64,000 bases of DNA from a virus (lineage: Duplodnaviria; Caudoviricetes): positions 1 through 64,000 of the IMG/VR virus record IMGVR_UViG_3300027751_000009; one strand, written 5' to 3'. Below the pieces are notes generated by a model. It did not search any database and was not told the DNA's origin. It was given only the letters and a program-made list of their open reading frames with translations. Made by a program: the position numbers and the translations under genes. Shown here piece by piece: positions 8,217 through 18,618 of this stretch; the first letter of the stretch is position 1; each line of letters starts with the position of its first letter.

Positions 8217-9914
8217 ATGGGAACATTATTAAGAGGTATTAGCGAGAGATTTAATCCGCAAATACACACTGAAGATAAGTCTTTGACCGTTAATATGGCA
8301 AAGCATATGGAAATCAAAAATAAATCTTTTGATTTATTCGCAACTAAAAACAAATTCATCTCCTGGCTTTATGCTACAGGTCGTGTGAATATGGGTGCTC
8401 AAAATGGAAAAGTAATGAAAGCTTCTAATAGCATTCATGATAATGCTTTTCGTATAGCTTATAAAGGCTCTTTGTTTATCCCTGCTTATTCTTGGGGGAA
8501 AGCTACTTTCTCTACATCAAAAGCAGAACTTGCATCTATTATTGATATGACAGCATCAGGTGCTGGTGTAACTTATGGAACTGGAGTTGCTGTAGCAGCT
8601 GATATTTCACATAACGTATTATGTGCTATATCTGTAATGCATGACCCTGCTAACAATATATTTGGTGACAAGTATAATGAAGGTGATGTTATTGCTTTAG
8701 GAAATTACTTGGGAACAAGTATTATCGTTGCTGGAGATATTGGACCAGATGGTGGTTCAAAAAAAGCTGCAAGTGGAGATCACTATGTAGTTTATGGTAA
8801 AGTAAGTTCTAAATCAGGACTTTTTGATGCGGATCATTTAGCAGCCGGAGAATTATTAAGTGAAGCTGGTAACAGATTTGGTGAAGGTTCTGAAAGAGGT
8901 TTCCAAAGAGAAAGACGTACTAAATGGAGAATTAACTATTCTTTTATTTCAAGAGCTACGTTGACTATTACTGGTTCAGCTTTAAATCAAAAAGTTGCGA
9001 TTATCTATAACGATGAAACTAAAGCCACTATGTGGGAATTAGAAGCTGTTATGGACTTACGTGAGAAACACGCTATTGATATGGAAATGGGTGCTCGTCA
9101 TTCAAGAATGTCAATGGACCCAAGTTCTCATTCATGGTACGAAAATTACGGTACTAACTTACTTACATTAGAAGGTTTCACTTCTTCTATGGGTATTGTT
9201 GCTCCTGTAGTTGGTGATGGTTGGATTCCTCAATTAGAGGATAGTTTCACTATTGGTTATGATCCTAACAATGATTTAGATATCGCTGTTATTGAATTGT
9301 TCATTACTATTCTTGCTCAAAGAGCTCCGAATGGTTCTACTGGAAATACGTTTGTTATTTTAGGAGATAAGTTAGCTCATATCAAGATTGATAAAGCGCT
9401 TAAATTACTTATTGGTTTCTCACAACCAGGAGTTACTTCTACTAACAATACCAGAATGGTATTTAACGAAAGAACAGGAACTTCAAATAAAGTTGGTTTC
9501 ACTATTGATAAGTACACGTACTTAGAGAATGATATTATCTTTATTGAAGATGAATTATCTAACCACCCAGCCTTTGCACCACAAAATGGTGGTATCATAG
9601 GTACTGGAACAATGTATGTGCTTAATGCATCTATGGTAAACGGTGTTTCTAACATTGACTTGTTAGCTCGTAACGATAGAGAATTGAGAGCAAAATATAT
9701 TGATGGTATGCACTCATTAGATGCATCAAGAAACAACTCTTCTGTTGCTTTTAGTGGATTTGATGGTGGTCGTTTTGACTTATTAAGTGAAGTATTACCA
9801 ATTATATACTCAACTGAAAGTTGTGGTATCATAAAAGCAACTGCGAAGTTTGCTGGTGGTGCTTTACAAGCTGAAGCTGTAGCCAGTGAGAAAGCTGCTG
9901 TTTGGCATTATTAG
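8217..9914 (+). CDS. Major capsid protein
   Basis: 565 aa from ATG 8217 (A-rich leader); high-expression codon use; position after portal and scaffold as in crAss-like phages. Confidence 0.8.
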   Translation: MGTLLRGISERFNPQIHTEDKSLTVNMAKHMEIKNKSFDLFATKNKFISWLYATGRVNMGAQNGKVMKASNSIHDNAFRIAYKGSLFIPAYSWGKATFSTSKAELASIIDMTASGAGVTYGTGVAVAADISHNVLCAISVMHDPANNIFGDKYNEGDVIALGNYLGTSIIVAGDIGPDGGSKKAASGDHYVVYGKVSSKSGLFDADHLAAGELLSEAGNRFGEGSERGFQRERRTKWRINYSFISRATLTITGSALNQKVAIIYNDETKATMWELEAVMDLREKHAIDMEMGARHSRMSMDPSSHSWYENYGTNLLTLEGFTSSMGIVAPVVGDGWIPQLEDSFTIGYDPNNDLDIAVIELFITILAQRAPNGSTGNTFVILGDKLAHIKIDKALKLLIGFSQPGVTSTNNTRMVFNERTGTSNKVGFTIDKYTYLENDIIFIEDELSNHPAFAPQNGGIIGTGTMYVLNASMVNGVSNIDLLARNDRELRAKYIDGMHSLDASRNNSSVAFSGFDGGRFDLLSEVLPIIYSTESCGIIKATAKFAGGALQAEAVASEKAAVWHY

Positions 9915-9929
9915 AATACCTTTGGATAA

Positions 9930-9947
9930 GGGGAGCAATACTGCTCC
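9930..9947 (+). terminator. Hairpin after the capsid gene (weak terminator or stability element)
   Basis: GGGAGCA-ATAC-TGCTCCC perfect 7-bp stem; no clear U-tract. Confidence 0.45.
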
Positions 9948-9983
9948 CCTCATTCATTTAATTAAATAAAAATCAGAAAACAA

Positions 9984-10799
9984 ATGGAAAATTTAGAAGA
10001 AAAGATTAGAAAGCCGCAAGCGTGGCACACTATTGACATTAAAGGGAAATGGAAATTAGTCTACAGAGTAGGGAACAGTCAAGGTTCATCTGCTTTTGGT
10101 GGATATCATTTAGGAACTTATTCAAATCCTTTCAATGGACAGAAAACATTTTTAAGAAATGTTGATAACCAAGCGTTACAAGGAATAATGATAGACAAGA
10201 TTGTCAGAATATTAAAGCCAGAAGAAAATGAAAATGAAAAGCTTTTAATAAGTTGGTTATTATGTCACCCTGAAGTTGCAGTATCTGGAGTTCCTGATTT
10301 AGATGCTAAAATTTTAGCAAAAAAAGTAACAGGAAAATTAACATTGACTTATACTGACTACGAAGAAGTAGGAAGATTAGAACAAGAAGATTACATAGAT
10401 AAGTTGGTAGGTCTTTTAAGTTTAGATGGAGGTACTAAAGCAATCTCATTGACTAAACTTAGATACATTATGGCTCATCTTAATTTAACATATAGGGTTC
10501 CAAGATTTGATTCTGAAACAGAGAAAAAATCATTGCGTTCTATGTTAAAAGCATATGCAAGAAATTCTATGTCTAATGCTAAAGCTGTTAATCAAGCTAT
10601 AAAGCATATAGATATGGCACAAGACACTTATGAATTTAAAGAAATGGTACGCTTGAAAGTTATCGAGTTTGTATCAGGAGTATATAGATTCAATAATACA
10701 CCTATTGGTGGTTCACAAGAAGCTGTTACAAATTTCTTTGATTCGCATCCAGAAGTTAAAACAGAAATCTTAACATTATTGTACAAACAATTAACATAA
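9984..10799 (+). CDS. Conserved post-capsid protein (crAss-like head-tail block)
   Basis: 271-aa ORF; positional assignment only. Confidence 0.55.
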   Translation: MENLEEKIRKPQAWHTIDIKGKWKLVYRVGNSQGSSAFGGYHLGTYSNPFNGQKTFLRNVDNQALQGIMIDKIVRILKPEENENEKLLISWLLCHPEVAVSGVPDLDAKILAKKVTGKLTLTYTDYEEVGRLEQEDYIDKLVGLLSLDGGTKAISLTKLRYIMAHLNLTYRVPRFDSETEKKSLRSMLKAYARNSMSNAKAVNQAIKHIDMAQDTYEFKEMVRLKVIEFVSGVYRFNNTPIGGSQEAVTNFFDSHPEVKTEILTLLYKQLT

Positions 10800-10805
10800 T
10801 TTATT

Positions 10806-11456
10806 ATGGCTTATACAGTAGATTATCTTTATAAAAAAGTATTAGATGGAACTGATAAGATTGGTTCTGATTTTTTTACCATTCCTTATGTAATGAGTAA
10901 ATTAGAAGCGGCTACATATGGCTTCATAGGAGAAACGATAAAGTATGTGGAGAATACCCAAGAAATAAGAGATGATTTATCAACACTGTATAAGCCTTTT
11001 AAATTACCTGTAGTACAAGATAGTGAAAACCCTGATTTTAAAGTTGTAGCAACGCCTAAAGACTATGTTCATTTACTTACTGCTAAAGTAGTAGATGCTG
11101 ATGTTCAAGTAAGAGAAACTACATTGATAAGAAATGGTCAAGACGAAATTTACACTATAGACCCTGACACTAAACCAAGTGCCGAATATCCATTGCTTTC
11201 AGTATATGCTAATTACTTTAAGATATTATCACCTGGCAATCCAACTCATTTACAAGGAGCTTATATTAAGAAACCTACTTTTGGGAAGTTTGGGCCACAA
11301 GATGATATAGAAACTGAAATTGCAGTAGACTTACCAGACAACTCAACAGAGAAAGTTATAAAGATACTTATCAAAGATATTTTTGTATCGACTGCTGACC
11401 CAAGAGCTGAATTAGGTTTTAAAAATGAAGAAACATATAGACATAGACGTAACTAA
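10806..11456 (+). CDS. Putative tail ring/head-tail adaptor protein
   Basis: 216 aa; helix / beta-sandwich / helix layout (YIKKP...VDLPD...KVIKI) like podoviral ring proteins; position fits. Confidence 0.55.
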   Translation: MAYTVDYLYKKVLDGTDKIGSDFFTIPYVMSKLEAATYGFIGETIKYVENTQEIRDDLSTLYKPFKLPVVQDSENPDFKVVATPKDYVHLLTAKVVDADVQVRETTLIRNGQDEIYTIDPDTKPSAEYPLLSVYANYFKILSPGNPTHLQGAYIKKPTFGKFGPQDDIETEIAVDLPDNSTEKVIKILIKDIFVSTADPRAELGFKNEETYRHRRN

Positions 11457-12154
11457 TGGGAACAACTGAAGAAAGTATTGTATATCAATTATTAAGTGCT
11501 GTTAGAGCTTCTGAATTAAGCAATGATGAAGTTATTACAGAAAGACGTATTCGTTCTTATTTAAGAACACATAGAGCAAACTTAATAAGCAAATCTACTC
11601 TTGAAGGTAGATTGATTGGAGATGATTGTTTTCAGTCAGTGCCATTATCGTTTAGTAGATTAAATAAATTAGAATGGATATCAGTAGTTCCAAGTATCAT
11701 AGGTTTATATGATAATTTTGGAATGAAACTAACAAGTCCAGGTTTTGAAAACATCACAATTCTTTCAGAAGAAGATTATCATTTAAACAAGAAAAACCCT
11801 GTCAATAAATTTTTAGCTTCTGCAAAAGTATTTAATTCTGTATTGACTATTCGTGTTCCAGACCCATCACCATATGCTATGAATGGAGGGAACTCAAATA
11901 AGACGATGCTATCTTGTTTAGTCAATAATAAAGATAAGATAATGATGTCAGCAGTATTAGACAATCCAGATGATGCTATTGATTATGATTGGACTAAAGA
12001 TGCATATCCTTGTCCACCTGAATTAATACAGGAGATAAAAAATGAAGTTCTTAAAAGAGAATTTAATATTATATTAAGTACAAAACCAGACCAAGTACCG
12101 AATGCTAAGAATGATAATTTAAGATACCATGATCAAGGCCAAGTACAGCAATAA
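11456..12154 (+). CDS. Putative tail ring/structural protein
   Basis: 232 aa, coupled to the previous gene; ends DW...YPCP..LI..I, as recalled for crAss-like ring proteins. Confidence 0.55.
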   Translation: MGTTEESIVYQLLSAVRASELSNDEVITERRIRSYLRTHRANLISKSTLEGRLIGDDCFQSVPLSFSRLNKLEWISVVPSIIGLYDNFGMKLTSPGFENITILSEEDYHLNKKNPVNKFLASAKVFNSVLTIRVPDPSPYAMNGGNSNKTMLSCLVNNKDKIMMSAVLDNPDDAIDYDWTKDAYPCPPELIQEIKNEVLKREFNIILSTKPDQVPNAKNDNLRYHDQGQVQQ

Positions 12155-12614
12155 TGTTGGTATAGATTATTTCTATGAGAAATTTAAGAAAGGAAAACAC
12201 TTCTTTCCTAAACATTTCTTTTTTGGGTTAAAGACTTTAAAGAAGAAAGTACCTGTAGATGAGAAATTACATATGCGCATTGTTAAAACGTATTTAGATA
12301 TTTATTTTAAAGATTTCTACAAGAGTAAAGAGCCTTTTTACTTTCCATTATCAGGAGAGATAGTAAAAGTTAAAGGAGCTAACTTTCTAAGAAAAAAATC
12401 AGAGAGTGTTGTTACAGATGTTATTAATTGGGTATGGTATTTAAGACCAGCTTTTAATTACTTTAGTAACATTAAGATAATAAAATTAAGAGGGAACTCA
12501 AAAATAACATCACTAGAGAAACAATACAAAGAAGATAATGATGTAGCTTTATTAATGGACACCTCAAAATTTTTAGAGCAATTGAATTTAAACAATAAAC
12601 TATACATACAATGA
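12129..12614 (+). CDS. Basic protein, possible divergent IHF/HU-like DNA-binding protein
   Basis: Lys-rich; helix followed by FYFPLSGEIVKV; crAss-like phages carry IHF-like genes in this block. Confidence 0.4.
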   Translation: MIKAKYSNNVGIDYFYEKFKKGKHFFPKHFFFGLKTLKKKVPVDEKLHMRIVKTYLDIYFKDFYKSKEPFYFPLSGEIVKVKGANFLRKKSESVVTDVINWVWYLRPAFNYFSNIKIIKLRGNSKITSLEKQYKEDNDVALLMDTSKFLEQLNLNNKLYIQ

Positions 12615-14089
12615 CAAGCGGAATCGTATATTTTGAAGAGATTGTAGAAAACATCAAAGATGCTACTGGCTATGGTAACTTACGACCTTATTACAATCGA
12701 ATAAAAAGATTTATATTCAACGTGGAGAATGAAATCGGTTATGGTGGTGTCGTTGTTTTAAAGAAAAAAGAATATACTAAAGGAGACCAATTATATGATG
12801 GAAATCGTTTAATAGTTCCTTTTGATTTTTTATCTGAATGGAGTGCTGGAGATTTATCTTTAGGAGTAGTTCAAGGAAATGTATTACAACTTTATGATAA
12901 CGGTCCTGACAAATTAGACTTCAAATATTTAGGTTTTCTATTAGATGAAAATGGCAATCCGTTTACTACAAGAAACAGACTTAATGCTGTAGTAGCTTAT
13001 GCTGTTTATAGATTATATTCTCAACAAGTATTTATGCGTAAGGGAGCTGCTAATCAATATCAAATGTATCGTGAAGAATATTTTGATAGAGTATTAGAAG
13101 CAAGAGGTGATGATGCTTTCCCAACAGAAGAACAATGGAATCAACTTGGTGCTATTAAAAATGGTGGAGCATTTGAAGCTATGACAAATTGTGGAATGAG
13201 AACTATTTATCAAGGTGTTTATGATCCTTCTGTTTTAAATACTGATGGAGCACAAGAAGAATTAACGTGTGTAACATTCATAGAAGCTATTAGCACTACG
13301 AATATGACCGTTATAGGTGTTATATCTCAATTAACAAAAACATTTATTATAGGTGTATCTAATGGTGATACAATGCTATATGGTAATATATGGGATAAAG
13401 ACACAATGGTTGGTGTATCAAATGGTAAAACAACTATCGCTGATGCTACATTATTAAGTCCTACAGAAGCTACAGGAACAACAATACAGATAAGTGGTAG
13501 TGCTAATGGTAGTTCTAATATTATTGCTTATACAGTTAAAAACAGTAAGCTTGAAGGTCGTAGTATTGCTAATTCTTATGTTCCAGGAACATTATCTCCA
13601 CAAGCAACAATACGTTGTTATACTGGTATATATGAATTTGGAGACCCTCAACATTTGTTAGGTGGTGTTGTACATTATGTTGATGAATATGGAAACAATC
13701 AAGTGAAAGGAAATATATGGCTTAATGAAAGTGTTACTTTCCTTGCTAGATCAATTATAAGTGTTACAGATTGTTACGTATGTGGTAAAACTATTGCAGA
13801 GTCAGTAAATGTTCAATTTATAATTACGATAAATCCAAATGAATTATGGGAAGGACAAAAATTATCAGATTGGTATGTAGATTTTAATACATCTATACAA
13901 AATGGTGTAAGAAAAAGGTTTAATCAATTGCTTTCAGATGCAAGTTCTCCTGATGGAAGTCTACAAGTATATTATATATGCGGTACAAAAATTAATGGAT
14001 ATGCTAAAACATCTATTGCTCCTTTACAATTAATAGGAGCAACTATTATTGTAGATGAAACAAATTCCCCTTGTGACTTTATAACATAG
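12611..14089 (+). CDS. Tail ring-like protein with a C-terminal extension containing SNG repeats
   Basis: N-terminal ~200 aa is ring-like (FLLDENGNPF...AVVAYAVYRL); repeats GVSNG/GSANG at ~13275-13590. Confidence 0.5.
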   Translation: MTSGIVYFEEIVENIKDATGYGNLRPYYNRIKRFIFNVENEIGYGGVVVLKKKEYTKGDQLYDGNRLIVPFDFLSEWSAGDLSLGVVQGNVLQLYDNGPDKLDFKYLGFLLDENGNPFTTRNRLNAVVAYAVYRLYSQQVFMRKGAANQYQMYREEYFDRVLEARGDDAFPTEEQWNQLGAIKNGGAFEAMTNCGMRTIYQGVYDPSVLNTDGAQEELTCVTFIEAISTTNMTVIGVISQLTKTFIIGVSNGDTMLYGNIWDKDTMVGVSNGKTTIADATLLSPTEATGTTIQISGSANGSSNIIAYTVKNSKLEGRSIANSYVPGTLSPQATIRCYTGIYEFGDPQHLLGGVVHYVDEYGNNQVKGNIWLNESVTFLARSIISVTDCYVCGKTIAESVNVQFIITINPNELWEGQKLSDWYVDFNTSIQNGVRKRFNQLLSDASSPDGSLQVYYICGTKINGYAKTSIAPLQLIGATIIVDETNSPCDFIT

Positions 14090-14114
14090 TAAAATTAATT
14101 AAAAATAAAAATAG

Positions 14115-14122
14115 TAAATTTG
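14115..14122 (+). promoter_or_regulatory. Bacteroidota -7 element for the 150-aa gene
   Basis: TAAATTTG in the 14090-14155 gap. Confidence 0.55.
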
Positions 14123-14155
14123 AATATTAATAATAATCCTTAAATTTTTTAAATC

Positions 14156-14608
14156 ATGAGTAAATCAAATTCATTCGAAACACAGTTGTTACAACATTTG
14201 TTCAACAACACATCTATCGCCAATGTAGGTGATGCTACAGGATTGCCTGCAGCAGCAGCACCTGGAAACCTTTATGTAAGATTGTACACTTCTGCCGTAG
14301 TTGTAGATGATGCTACTATCGGTACTGAATGTGCATACACAGGGTATGTAGCAAGAGGTGTAGCCGTACCACGTACAGCTGGTGGTTGGACCGTTGCAGG
14401 AAATAACGCTTCTAATACAGCAGCAGTTACTTTTGGTGCTTGTTCAGCTGGTTCTGAAACAGTACGTTACTTTGCTATCTGGAAGGACAATACAACTACA
14501 GCAGATGCTCAACGTTTGTATTGGGGTCAGTTAACTTCTGACTTAGCTGTTAGTGCTGGTATCACACCTGAATTTGCTATTGGAGCATTAGATGTGAACG
14601 AGGACTAA
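14156..14608 (+). CDS. Abundant small virion protein of a widespread phage 'tail-fibre'-annotated family
   Basis: MSKSNSFETQLLQHLFNN...LYVRLYT...YFAIW...LYWGQL...PEFAIGALDVNED pattern; high-expression codons; own promoter and terminator. Confidence 0.65.
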   Translation: MSKSNSFETQLLQHLFNNTSIANVGDATGLPAAAAPGNLYVRLYTSAVVVDDATIGTECAYTGYVARGVAVPRTAGGWTVAGNNASNTAAVTFGACSAGSETVRYFAIWKDNTTTADAQRLYWGQLTSDLAVSAGITPEFAIGALDVNED

Positions 14609-14627
14609 ACCTTGTAATCTTATTACT

Positions 14628-14668
14628 AAAGCTGACCTCAATGTGCTACCTTGGGGTTGGCTTTTTTT
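14628..14668 (+). terminator. Rho-independent terminator
   Basis: AGCTGACCTCAA / TTGGGGTTGGCT 12-bp stem with G-U pairs, 9-nt loop, T7 tract. Confidence 0.75.
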
Positions 14669-14688
14669 AAACTTTTCAATATTGGTTT

Positions 14689-17600
14689 ATGGCTATATTA
14701 ACAAAATTTGCATCAGCGTTTACACTAACAACTGGGTTTAATGATAACTTCACTAATCCACAAAATGCGTATGCAACAGATGGAGTTTTTGCCACTAATA
14801 CAGATAGTAAACCGAGAAACAGAGAATTTGCTACGAATTGGAGAGGTTTTGATTTTTCAGCTATTCCAACGGGATCAGTAATAAATTATGTTACGATTAC
14901 AAATTGGGTAAAAATATCCTCAGCTAATACTTCAGGGCAATGGCGTAGTTCTGTTTGGGCTGATGTTACGGTTGCAGCAGCTTTAACAGCAGGGGTAACT
15001 GGTGCTATTGGAGATAATCAACAAGTGTTTCCTACTACAAGCACAACTCTTGCGAATTGGAATTATAATATGCCTACTCTTCCAACATTAGCACAATTAA
15101 AAGGAGCTAATTTTGGAGTAAGAGTTCAAGCGGCACAAGGTGGTAATGGAACGATTTATACCTATTCAATAGATTCGATTTCTATAACCGTTGATTATAC
15201 GCCACCTAATTTTAAGCCAACAATAGTTTTAAATACACCAGCTAACTCAGCTATAGGGCAAAGCCTAACCCCAAAATTAGAATTTACGGGTTCTGATGTA
15301 GATTTAGATACTTTAGAATATGAAGTTCAGATTGATACTGTTAATACATTTGACAGTCAAGGTTCTACACCTTTAATAAATGCCTTATCTTCTGTACCCG
15401 ATGCAGGTTTTTTAAATACTGTTAATGGTGGAGATACGCATCCGTTTAATAATAATGAGAAAATAAGTTATACGGTTCAAAGTGCTAATAAATTAACCGC
15501 AGTAACACAACACTATTGGAGAGCAAGAGCATTTGATGGTATTGATTGGAGTGATTGGAGTGCCTTTAGAAGTTTTACTACCCTTAATAATAGATTAATA
15601 GGTTTATCCTCTTCTGCAATAACAGTCACAGGTAATTTAACTGTTCAAGTAAGTGGGGAAATTTCTGGTAATACAAATAAGAGGTTAATTTATACTTATG
15701 ATTTCGATGGGAGTGATGCTACCGCACTTGATGCTGATGGGGTTTGGACTGACGAAATAAATATACAAGATGGGAGTCTTGCTACTTATGGTTCTACATC
15801 TACTGAAGGTAGTAATACTCTTAATAATGTTAAAATTGAGGGTACAAATGCACCTTTATTAGCTATTCCTATTGATTATGTAGCAGCAAGAATGGATGTA
15901 GAAATAGATTCATTAGGAATGGATTCTACGGATAACTACATATTAAATACACCTACAGGTGGTTGGACTTGGGCTAAAATTCAAGCATTAGAAGTTATTC
16001 TATGGAAAAGTAATGTAATCACTTATACCAATATCCGTAGTGAAATTTATACTGATGGCTTAGGAGAAAAAGTATCACCTACTTATCTTACTCTAATAAA
16101 GATAGGAACAGTAGCTAAAGTATATAGAACTCAAATTGTAGTTGCTACTTTTGAAGAGATCGTATCTGGAACTACAACTACAGGTATTTTAACGGAAGCT
16201 GAAAATAGTGGAGCTCTTAGAGGTGTTATAAATAATGTTACCACTACAGTAGGTATTTTAAAAGGTAAGGCAAATTTAATAGGTGTTATTAATAGTTCTA
16301 CTACTACAACGGTTACTTCTATAACTTTAAAAATTTATGTAGCTTCTAATGGTATTGCTACAGTTACAGGAGTTATTCATGCATATGCAAAAGCTTTTGG
16401 TGTATCAAATGGTGTTACTACAACCGTTGGTGTTATATTAGGTTACGCTAAAATATTTGGTATTTCTGATGTTATAGTATCTACACAAGGTATTTTAAGA
16501 GGTATAGCTAAAATGAATGGCGCTTCTAATACTTCTTCAACTACAGAAGGGATATTGGCTAATGGAGTTATCATACAGCCTATTGATGGAATTATAAATG
16601 GCATTGCTACGACTAATGCTATTTTAACAGCTAAAGGGATTGTACAAGCTGTATCTAATGTTGCTTTAACTGTTAGTGGTGTACTAAATGCAAGAGGTTA
16701 TTTAGTTGGTGCAATCAATACATCTACTAATCTTACAGCTATACTTTTAGCAAAGGGAAAGCTGGTTGGTTCTGCCGATGGTTTAGGTTCTTGTGCAGGA
16801 CTTCTAAATTCTAACCTACAAGGGAGTGTTATCGTTAATACAACGACTAACACTTTTGGTATTTTAACAGGTGATGGTGCACTTGTTGGTTCTTCAAATG
16901 CAACTAATCAACTTATAGGTTTACTTTCTTCTTCACTTCAAGCTGTAGGAACTACCAATGGTACTACAACAATTTCTGGAATATTACAAGCAAAAGGGGA
17001 GTTGAATGGGTTGAGTTTCAACCAATCAACCGAAGAGGGTATCTTAAATGCTATCGGACAATGTATTGGACAATCTATTGGACAGTGTACGATAGAAGGC
17101 TTATTAGTATCTAATATTATTTTTGGTACTGCTAATGGTAGTACTACTATAAGTGGTCTTATTTCACAAATAGTAAGTATTAGTGCTGTTAGTAATAATA
17201 CGGCTTCAACATCAGGTTTACTAAATTCAAATCTTCAAGGTTCTGTAGTTGTCAATACAACTACAATAACCTTCGGTATATTAACTGCAAGTGGTTCACT
17301 TATAAGTGAAATTACATCAGTAACAACATTACAAGGTTTATTAAATGCTATAACGCAAATTCATGCTGAATCCAACGGTCTGACGACTTCTGTTGGTGTA
17401 TTGCTTGGTAAAGCGAGTTTGAGTGCAAGCGTTAATAGTTCATCGTCAGTATCAGCAACATTAAATGGATTAGGAGTTAATGAAGGAACGAGTCAAGGTG
17501 CCACTTTGATTTCTGGAGTACTCTTAGCAAAAGGATCACTGAACGCAACTATTAACGCCACTGCCTCAACAACTGCTACTATCGGTAGTGGTGCTATGTC

Positions 17601-18618
17601 AGCTACCTCAAATGGTAGTAGTTTATTATCAGGGTTACTAAACTCTAATTTACAAGGCTCTGTAGTGGTTAATACTACTACGATTACAACAGCTACATTA
17701 ACAGGTTTAGGACTACTTGAAAGCGTTACCAACGCTTTTGCGTATGTAGAAGGAATTATAAGTTCATTCGCTTTTATAATTGGAGAGAGCAATGGTCAGG
17801 CAACAACAGAAGGGATACTTACAAGTAATGCTATAAATGGAAACTCTTATGGTAGCACTACAACAAATGGTATTCTTACTGCTAAAGGAAATTTAAACGG
17901 AGAAATAAATACGTTAAGTATAGTTACTGCTATTCTTAATGCACTATCAAATACAATAGGTACTTCTAATGGATTAACAACGATAACCTCAATACTTAAA
18001 GGTAAAGGATTATTATTAGGTATATCGAATGGTGTTACTACGACCAGTGCTTCTATAAAGTCTATAGGAGCATTGGAGGGTAGTAGTTCATCACTAACAA
18101 TTTTATTAGGTTTCTTAGAAGGAGTAGGCTCAATAGCTGGTAGTTCCAATGGACAGGCCTCAACAGAAGGTATTCTTATTAGCGATGCTATGGCTGGGAT
18201 TGCTAATGGAACAGCTACAACACAAGGAATACTATCAGCTATAGGCTTATTATCAGGAGAGAGTAATGGTGTTACAGAACTGATTGCAGGACTATATCAA
18301 ACAAACCCTATTTTCGGAACGATTGATGGAGATACTATATTGATAGGTATCTTAACGCAATCTACAGCTCTTTCAGGCACTTCTAATGGACTTTCTATTG
18401 TAAGTGGAATACTATTAGGTAAACGAGGTTTAGACGTTAAATGCTTCTATGAAGTGCATTATGTAGACCACCAATATTTGATTAAATATATTAATGTTAA
18501 TTTTATAGTGCAATATTTGAAAGTTGAATATCTCACAAAATATAAGATTACTAATTTTGTAGTACAATATCTAACCGAAAAATATAACTCAAAATATAAA
18601 TGCGATAAAAATGGATAA
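14689..18618 (+). CDS. Fibre-like virion protein: beta-sandwich and Ig/FN3-like domains plus a long 20-aa repeat array
   Basis: FN3-like segment (YEVQID...YWRARAFDG..WSDWS..RSFTT); Gly/Ser/Thr-rich repeats over aa ~490-1247; Tyr-periodic C-terminus. Confidence 0.7.
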   Translation: MAILTKFASAFTLTTGFNDNFTNPQNAYATDGVFATNTDSKPRNREFATNWRGFDFSAIPTGSVINYVTITNWVKISSANTSGQWRSSVWADVTVAAALTAGVTGAIGDNQQVFPTTSTTLANWNYNMPTLPTLAQLKGANFGVRVQAAQGGNGTIYTYSIDSISITVDYTPPNFKPTIVLNTPANSAIGQSLTPKLEFTGSDVDLDTLEYEVQIDTVNTFDSQGSTPLINALSSVPDAGFLNTVNGGDTHPFNNNEKISYTVQSANKLTAVTQHYWRARAFDGIDWSDWSAFRSFTTLNNRLIGLSSSAITVTGNLTVQVSGEISGNTNKRLIYTYDFDGSDATALDADGVWTDEINIQDGSLATYGSTSTEGSNTLNNVKIEGTNAPLLAIPIDYVAARMDVEIDSLGMDSTDNYILNTPTGGWTWAKIQALEVILWKSNVITYTNIRSEIYTDGLGEKVSPTYLTLIKIGTVAKVYRTQIVVATFEEIVSGTTTTGILTEAENSGALRGVINNVTTTVGILKGKANLIGVINSSTTTTVTSITLKIYVASNGIATVTGVIHAYAKAFGVSNGVTTTVGVILGYAKIFGISDVIVSTQGILRGIAKMNGASNTSSTTEGILANGVIIQPIDGIINGIATTNAILTAKGIVQAVSNVALTVSGVLNARGYLVGAINTSTNLTAILLAKGKLVGSADGLGSCAGLLNSNLQGSVIVNTTTNTFGILTGDGALVGSSNATNQLIGLLSSSLQAVGTTNGTTTISGILQAKGELNGLSFNQSTEEGILNAIGQCIGQSIGQCTIEGLLVSNIIFGTANGSTTISGLISQIVSISAVSNNTASTSGLLNSNLQGSVVVNTTTITFGILTASGSLISEITSVTTLQGLLNAITQIHAESNGLTTSVGVLLGKASLSASVNSSSSVSATLNGLGVNEGTSQGATLISGVLLAKGSLNATINATASTTATIGSGAMSATSNGSSLLSGLLNSNLQGSVVVNTTTITTATLTGLGLLESVTNAFAYVEGIISSFAFIIGESNGQATTEGILTSNAINGNSYGSTTTNGILTAKGNLNGEINTLSIVTAILNALSNTIGTSNGLTTITSILKGKGLLLGISNGVTTTSASIKSIGALEGSSSSLTILLGFLEGVGSIAGSSNGQASTEGILISDAMAGIANGTATTQGILSAIGLLSGESNGVTELIAGLYQTNPIFGTIDGDTILIGILTQSTALSGTSNGLSIVSGILLGKRGLDVKCFYEVHYVDHQYLIKYINVNFIVQYLKVEYLTKYKITNFVVQYLTEKYNSKYKCDKNG
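16160..18430 (+). repeat. Degenerate ~20-aa coding repeat array (about 35-40 units) with a 139-aa super-period
   Basis: Units such as AKAFGVSNGVTTTVGVILGY; LNSNLQGSV block starts at 16804, 17221 and 17638. Confidence 0.85.

Noticed and set aside
9377-9832. Antisense ORFs in the track (also 5014-6009, 17493-18149, 29690-31201, 42560-44782, 58315-58686 and similar)
   Set aside because: They lie wholly opposite well-supported genes, have no leader or recognisable motif, and are expected shadows of biased codon usage
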